From: an uncultured Candidatus Saccharibacteria bacterium | Lineage (GTDB): Bacteria; Patescibacteriota; Minisyncoccia; Phycocordibacterales; UBA5272 | Direction: 5' to 3' | DNA: 60,350 nt | NCBI GenBank assembly: GCA_964577675.1 | Contig: CAZNZQ010000002.1 | Coordinates: 1-60,350, forward strand | In this document: in pieces, positions 55,121-60,350 of the stretch | How the letters are laid out: the number at the start of each line of letters is the position of its first letter | How positions within the stretch are numbered: the stretch's first letter is position 1 | Position numbers and translations under genes: made by a program | Notes under the pieces: generated by a model | Databases searched by the model: none | The model's input: only the letters and a program-made list of their open reading frames with translations | What the model was told of the DNA's origin: nothing

Positions 55121-56223
55121 AAATTGTCTTGACTGGAGCTGGGGGTGGACATTTTTATCCGTTAATTGCGGTTGCTCTTCGTGTGCAAAAAGAAGCTTTT
55201 ATACAAAAACTGATACAGCCACAGTTCTACTTTTTTTCTGATAAGCCGTATGACGAAGAGTCACTTTTTGAGATTGATTGTAAGTTCGTTTCAATCCCGG
55301 CAGGGAAGCTTAGGGTGTACCCTTCAATTCAAACAGTTGGCGACATGTTTAGAACTTTGTGGGGGTGTGTTGTTGCTGTGGCTAAGCTTTACTCTATCTA
55401 TCCAGACGTGATTTTTGCTAAGGGTGGGTACGCTAGCTTTCCCACACTTTTTGCTGCTAAGTTGCTTTCAATTCCAGTCATTGTTCATGAAAGTGATACT
55501 GTTCCAGGAAGAACTACAAAATGGGCTGGGAATTTTGCCGAGAGAGTTGCGCTCTCATACCCAGAGGCAGCACCTTTTTATCCAAGCGAAAGGGTTGCTT
55601 TGACCGGGCAGCCAATACGAGACAGCCTTCTACCTGAAGAAGGTTTTGTGAGAAATTATGTGAAAAAAGATAGACCAGTAATTCTCATTTTTGGAGGGTC
55701 GCAGGGGAGTCAGAGGATTAATGATGCATTGCTTTCTATTTTGCCTACCCTTCTTAATAAGTATGATATCGTTCATCAGACAGGCACAGAGAACCTAGAG
55801 ACGGTTAATTTAGCTGTTAAAACTATTTTGGCTGACCATCAGTTTAAGGATAGGTATTACGCTGAAGGTTTTATTGATGTTTCACTTTTTTATCCGAAGG
55901 TTGATCTTGTTGTGACACGAGCTGGGTCATCAATGTTTGAGATGGTTGAGTGGAGGTTGCCTATGGTTGTTATTCCAATACCAGAGACAGTGAGTAGGGA
56001 CCAGAGAACTAATGCGTACACTATGGCCGGTTATGGCGCAGCTTCTGTTATCGAGGAGTCGAATCTTGGACCCAACACGTTAGTCTCAGCTATTTCTAGA
56101 ATCTTGGACGACGAGAAAGAGTATATGAATATAGTGCGTCATGAAGAAAGGGTCCACAGCTCAAGAGGAGCAGCCACAACTATTGCGAGAGAGATTATTA
56201 GAATAGCCTTAAGTCATTTATAA
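55117..56223 (+). CDS. murG: UDP-GlcNAc:lipid I GlcNAc transferase MurG
   Basis: Contains TGAGGGHFYP, HESDTVPGRT and GGSQGS. Confidence 0.9.
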   Translation: MKIVLTGAGGGHFYPLIAVALRVQKEAFIQKLIQPQFYFFSDKPYDEESLFEIDCKFVSIPAGKLRVYPSIQTVGDMFRTLWGCVVAVAKLYSIYPDVIFAKGGYASFPTLFAAKLLSIPVIVHESDTVPGRTTKWAGNFAERVALSYPEAAPFYPSERVALTGQPIRDSLLPEEGFVRNYVKKDRPVILIFGGSQGSQRINDALLSILPTLLNKYDIVHQTGTENLETVNLAVKTILADHQFKDRYYAEGFIDVSLFYPKVDLVVTRAGSSMFEMVEWRLPMVVIPIPETVSRDQRTNAYTMAGYGAASVIEESNLGPNTLVSAISRILDDEKEYMNIVRHEERVHSSRGAATTIAREIIRIALSHL

Positions 56224-56233
56224 TAAACATACT

Positions 56234-57550
56234 ATGTCTATTCCGATTGTCACACGTTTCGCACCAAGTCCTACAGGTCTTCTTCATATGGGGAATTATA
56301 GGACAGCCGTCTTCGCCTTTTTGTATGCTCGTAGAATGGGAGGGAAATTCATTGTGCGCATAGAAGATACAGATAAGGAGCGTAGCAAAGAGGAGTACAA
56401 AGATAACATTTTAGAAAGTTTGAAGTGGCTTGGCCTTAACTACGACGAGCTTTTTATTCAGAGTGAACATGTAGATACACATAGAAAGTATCTAGAGCAA
56501 CTCATTGCCCAAGATGATGCTTATATTTCAAAAGAAGAGGCAAAGGATGGAAGCGGTGTGATGCGAGAGCTTGTGCGTTTTAGAAATAGGGGAGAGGTGG
56601 TTGTTTTCGATGACTTGGTTCGTGGAAGAATTGAGACAGATACAACAGACCTCGGAGACTTCGTTATTGCTAAGTCACTCACCGAGCCGCTCTTTCACTT
56701 AGCTGTAGTGATTGACGACCATGAAGAGGGGGTTACTCATGTGATTCGCGGAGAGGATCATATAGCCAATACACCAAGGCAAATTTTAATTGCAAGAGCG
56801 CTTAACTTTCAGATACCTTTATACGCACACCTACCTCTTGTTTTAGCAGAAGACAGAACTAAACTTTCAAAGCGAAAGGGAGCTCTTCCTGTGACCGCAT
56901 ATCGTGATCAGGGGTATCTCCCTGAGACACTCCTTAACTTCATGGCGTTTACTGGATGGAATCCAGGAGGCGAGCAAGAGATATTTTCATTAGATGAGCT
57001 CATTTCTATTTTTGACCTCTCTCGCATCCATAAAGGCGGAGCTATTTTTAATAAAGAGAAGTTGGCGTGGATGAACAAAGAGCATACGCGGCGACAAAGT
57101 GTGGAGGAGCAGACTAAGATGATTGCCCCATTCTTTGTTGGGTATGATGAGGAAATTTTGCAAAAAATACTTCCTACTATAGTAGATAGAATCTCTGCAT
57201 ACGGAGAGCTTTCTACAGTAGAAGAAGCTGAGTTTCGTTTCTTTAGGGATAGACCGAGTCTTACGGCAGAGAAGATTCTTTGGAAGAATGGTACCAGGGA
57301 AGACGCAATCAAACACTTAACCGCAATAGCCGACCTTCTTTTGTATTCTGACTATTCCTCGCCGGAGGTTGTTAAACAAAGTATTATGCCGTATGCAGAA
57401 GAGCACGGTAAAGGTGATGTGCTGTGGCCACTCCGTATGTCACTCTCCGGACAAGAGAAATCGGTCGATCCGTTCACTATTTGTTATGTGCTTGGCTATG
57501 ATGAAACAAAGGCACGTATTCGCGCTGCCATTCTTCTCCTAGAGTCGTGA
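56234..57550 (+). CDS. gltX: Glutamyl-tRNA synthetase
   Basis: Contains FAPSPTGLLHMGN, RIEDTD and KLSKR. Confidence 0.93.
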   Translation: MSIPIVTRFAPSPTGLLHMGNYRTAVFAFLYARRMGGKFIVRIEDTDKERSKEEYKDNILESLKWLGLNYDELFIQSEHVDTHRKYLEQLIAQDDAYISKEEAKDGSGVMRELVRFRNRGEVVVFDDLVRGRIETDTTDLGDFVIAKSLTEPLFHLAVVIDDHEEGVTHVIRGEDHIANTPRQILIARALNFQIPLYAHLPLVLAEDRTKLSKRKGALPVTAYRDQGYLPETLLNFMAFTGWNPGGEQEIFSLDELISIFDLSRIHKGGAIFNKEKLAWMNKEHTRRQSVEEQTKMIAPFFVGYDEEILQKILPTIVDRISAYGELSTVEEAEFRFFRDRPSLTAEKILWKNGTREDAIKHLTAIADLLLYSDYSSPEVVKQSIMPYAEEHGKGDVLWPLRMSLSGQEKSVDPFTICYVLGYDETKARIRAAILLLES

Positions 57551-57565
57551 AGCAACTATCTCTCT

Positions 57566-58858
57566 ATGTCTCGACGCTCTTTACTCATCTTTTCTCTTAT
57601 ACTTTTTACGGTCTTACTCCAGGTCAGTAGCGGTACTCACCCCGTCTTTGGTCAATCCGCAGAACAACTAAAAAGCGATCTAGATGCACTCTCTCAGAAG
57701 ATAGATGCGCTTGACGCTGAGATTAAGGCGTATAGTAAGAAGATATCCGAGACCCAGGGAGAAGCTAAGACACTTAAACAGGCACTCGCTAACTTAGAGT
57801 ACAAAAGGTCGTTACTTCTCAAAGAGATCGGATCAACTAAGTTAAAGATTACTAAAGCAGAGCAGAACATTTATTTTACCGAAGGAAAAATTAATACCAC
57901 TGAGCTCACTCTTGAGAAGAATAAGACAGCGCTCGCAGAGTCGCTTAGATCTTTAGACTATGGTGACACCAAGATACCTGAGTTCGTAAAAGTACTCGCC
58001 CCGAACGCTAAGTTTTCTGACGCATTAGATTTTTCTAGAAGAAACAGTGAGGTGTCAACTGCAATTAATGAAAAGGTTCAAGCACTTGTTGATACTAAGC
58101 TCAGCCTCTCTGTTCAAAAGGCATCGTACGAACAGCATAAGAGTACTCTTTTACAGCTCAACAACAAGCTTACAGATCAAAAGGAGTTAGTAGATGAGAC
58201 ATCAAAAGATAAAGCTAGACTCCTAAAGGAAACTCAGAATAAAGAGTCGGCGTATCAAAAACTATTAGCGGAACGTAAGGTAAAAAAGACTCAGCTTGAG
58301 TCAGAAATGTTAGATGTTGAAGCCAAGCTTCAGACAATAGTTGATGCGACCAAACTTCCAAAGTACGGCAAGGGTATCCTCAAATATCCAGTTGATAAAG
58401 TCGTCATAACGCAGTACTTCGGGAACACTCCTTTTTCTAGTAAGAACCCTCAGGTCTATAATGGCTCTGGACATAATGGTCTTGATTTTGGTATTCCAAC
58501 CGGGACTCCAATTCTGTCAGCCGAAAGTGGCAAGGTGGTTGGCGTTGGAGACACCGATGCTTCTTGCAACGGCGTGTCGTATGGTAAATGGATTCTGGTA
58601 AAGCACAACAATGGCCTCTCTACGCTTTATGCCCATCTCTCTGTAATACAGGCTAAGGAGGGCGATACAGTTACCGCAAGACAAAAGATTGGGCTCTCTG
58701 GAAACACAGGGTATAGTACTGGCCCACACCTGCACTTTACTGTGTACGCATCAGACGCAGTCGAGGTCAGTAACTATCGTAGTAAAGTGTGTGGTACTAA
58801 TATGAGAATGCCGATTGCCCCACGAGCTGGGTATCTTAACCCACTTAGTTATTTATAA
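57566..58858 (+). CDS. Coiled-coil M23 peptidoglycan metalloendopeptidase (EnvC-like)
   Basis: Signal/TM segment, a long coiled-coil, then HNGLDFG and GPHLHF. Confidence 0.88.
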   Translation: MSRRSLLIFSLILFTVLLQVSSGTHPVFGQSAEQLKSDLDALSQKIDALDAEIKAYSKKISETQGEAKTLKQALANLEYKRSLLLKEIGSTKLKITKAEQNIYFTEGKINTTELTLEKNKTALAESLRSLDYGDTKIPEFVKVLAPNAKFSDALDFSRRNSEVSTAINEKVQALVDTKLSLSVQKASYEQHKSTLLQLNNKLTDQKELVDETSKDKARLLKETQNKESAYQKLLAERKVKKTQLESEMLDVEAKLQTIVDATKLPKYGKGILKYPVDKVVITQYFGNTPFSSKNPQVYNGSGHNGLDFGIPTGTPILSAESGKVVGVGDTDASCNGVSYGKWILVKHNNGLSTLYAHLSVIQAKEGDTVTARQKIGLSGNTGYSTGPHLHFTVYASDAVEVSNYRSKVCGTNMRMPIAPRAGYLNPLSYL

Positions 58859-58873
58859 TATACTGTAATACAT

Positions 58874-58975
58874 ATGATGACTTTTACTATCCCAGCTTTC
58901 TCACTGCTCATGTTCACTGCATTTCTTGGAGGGATGGTTTTTGGTATTTGGTTACTGTTGAATAAAATAAAGTAG
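58874..58975 (+). CDS. 33-aa hydrophobic peptide, hypothetical
   Basis: The ATG lies 9 nt after TATACT (58859-58864). The product is MMTFTIPAFSLLMFTAFLGGMVFGIWLLLNKIK. Confidence 0.3.
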   Translation: MMTFTIPAFSLLMFTAFLGGMVFGIWLLLNKIK

Positions 58976-60023
58976 AGTGGTTTTTCTACTGCTGCAGACT
59001 TTTACAAGTTCTGGACTTTAAACTCTAGGAAAGTCTTTTGAAGTGCTTGGAAGGTAAAAAGAGGGGAAAGAGTAGGGGGCATGGCTCTATTTTCTGGGAG
59101 GATCGTTCGCAGGTTTGAATTATAACCTTCAAGCCCCTTACCTGACTCCGCCGGGGGACGAAAGCTGCTAAATAAGTTATACATATCTTAAGTATATACG
59201 GCTTACCATGATGTTTCTGGTTAGATCATCATAGGAAGCTCCTTTAGCTCTTGATAAAGGGATGACTTAAGGAGCATACAGTTGTCAGAAATAGACTAGT
59301 TCCTGAAGTTGAATGAAATCCTTCGTAAACCTGGTTTTCTGGGATATATAGTCGTAAAAGATATATTGTGCGACATTAAGGATATAGAGAAACCCCTACA
59401 ATAACTATATAATTCAACCATCTAGACAATGTCTTTTAAATAAAAAGATTGCTTGCATTTTGACGCCAAGGTTAGACATAGCAGCCCCGCCCTACTCCTC
59501 CTATTCCAGTTAGCCGCTTGTTGGTTAGATATTTTCTTCTTACTCTTAAACTAAGCGCTGAAGCTTCTGGTATTGCGTCTGTCTTCCTGTGCTTGGATCC
59601 ATTGAGTTCATATTGTTTATCTCCTTAACCTGCCCAAGACGTACATAGTATCTCCGCTGTATAAAACCCTAGCCGGCATATCTCTGACTTTACCAGTATT
59701 TTTACTAATAAAGTCATTTATAAGTAGTAATGATTAGTTTTATCGGGCGCTTTGTATTTTCCACTCACCATTTCTTTCCCTTGAGCTCACCCACTTGTGA
59801 AGGATATATTTATAGCTAGCAAGTGTTGTTAGTTTTGAATCATTAAAAGTACTCGTCACCCATGCACATTATTCGGAGAATATCTATGTACTGGTTTAAG
59901 ACTTAAATCCTTTTATAGCATCTATAATAAATAATTTAAAACTATTAGACCAAGACGATAGTTTAAGATCCGCGGTAGTAAAATGATATAGTACCCCACC
60001 TGCCCTTAGTTGGTATAAATATA

Positions 60024-60053
60024 AATCACCCCTACTCTTGAAGGGTGATTTTT
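60024..60053. terminator. Hairpin downstream of proS
   Basis: aaatcaccc-(11 nt)-gggtgattt, with A/T-rich flanks on both sides. Confidence 0.5.
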
Positions 60054-60065
60054 ATCAGATGTTTT

Positions 60066-60350
60066 CTAACAATTTTTACTATATGTCGCAAGAAGCTCCT
60101 CGATAGAAATAATTTCTGATGAATCGCTCGTTCTTTCCTTGATTTCTACCCCGCCCTTTTCTATAGACTTATCAGAAATCACCACCCTCATTGGAATACC
60201 AATGAGGTCACTGTCCGCAAACTTTTCACCAGCTGACGCTTCTCTGTCATCAAATAAAACTTCAACACCCCTAGACATAAGAGCGTTGTATAGCTCCTCT
60301 GCTTTCTCATAAGTCGCAGTCTCTGGTTTAGCAAGTGATACTAGGTGTAG
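60066..60350 (-). CDS. proS: Prolyl-tRNA synthetase, C-terminal anticodon-binding part (runs off the window)
   Basis: VEVLFDDREASAGEKFADSDLIGIPMRVVI is the ProRS-type pattern. The frame stays open to the window edge. Confidence 0.7.
   Translation of the reverse strand, partial: LHLVSLAKPETATYEKAEELYNALMSRGVEVLFDDREASAGEKFADSDLIGIPMRVVISDKSIEKGGVEIKERTSDSSEIISIEELLATYSKNC

Noticed and set aside
58976-60065. RNase P RNA, tmRNA or tRNA in the ORF-free tract
   Set aside because: I found only partial resemblances: aggaaagtc at about 59026, caggtaagggg on the minus strand at about 59141-59151, and an aggtt/aacct stem with an 8-nt loop at about 59111-59128. None has the accompanying conserved elements. 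A 10-mer direct repeat (ttttctggga at 59090 and 59335) is within chance expectation for a 1.1-kb region.

Overview
This is a tightly packed, AT-rich bacterial chromosome segment. Hand counts of single 60-nt lines in core genes give about 32-50% G+C. Most of it is housekeeping. It includes an AddA-like helicase-nuclease with a Cas4/AddB-like nuclease, mreBC-mrdA, greA and lysS. It also carries mraZ-rsmH-ftsL-ftsI, a class II photolyase, an ECF sigma/anti-sigma pair and alaS. Further along are infA-rpmJ-rpsMKD-rpoA-rplQ-rplM-rpsI, a pyk/ldhA::gpmA-fusion/eno glycolysis block, grpE-dnaK-dnaJ, trpS and aspS. The window ends with scpAB, a PBP5-like carboxypeptidase, mraY-ftsW-murG, gltX, an M23 peptidase and the 3' end of proS. 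Several enzymes are domain-minimised, and most core genes lack a Shine-Dalgarno (SD) sequence, sitting 6-12 nt behind a TATACT/TATAAT/TAGAAT box. Together these fit a reduced-genome lineage (CPR/Patescibacteria-like), but that is inference. No rRNA, tRNA, CRISPR array, transposase or integrase was seen. The unusual parts are: (1) a 285-bp in-frame GIY-YIG module bounded by GC-rich inverted repeats, inserted between the catalytic motifs of the PD-(D/E)XK nuclease. (2) A single-gene cassette encoding a caspase-fold-like protein, bracketed by a diverged duplication of the lysS 3' end and next to a frameshifted NADAR-like remnant. (3) Several short GC-rich (about 57-65%) cassettes, plus two moderately enriched ones (about 52%), that all carry canonical SD sequences, unlike the host genes. 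(4) A heptanucleotide tandem repeat, stop-rich TAGTAAC repeats, phased MraZ boxes, a candidate small RNA and a 1.1-kb ORF-free tract. All calls rest on reading motifs by eye. No database search was possible.
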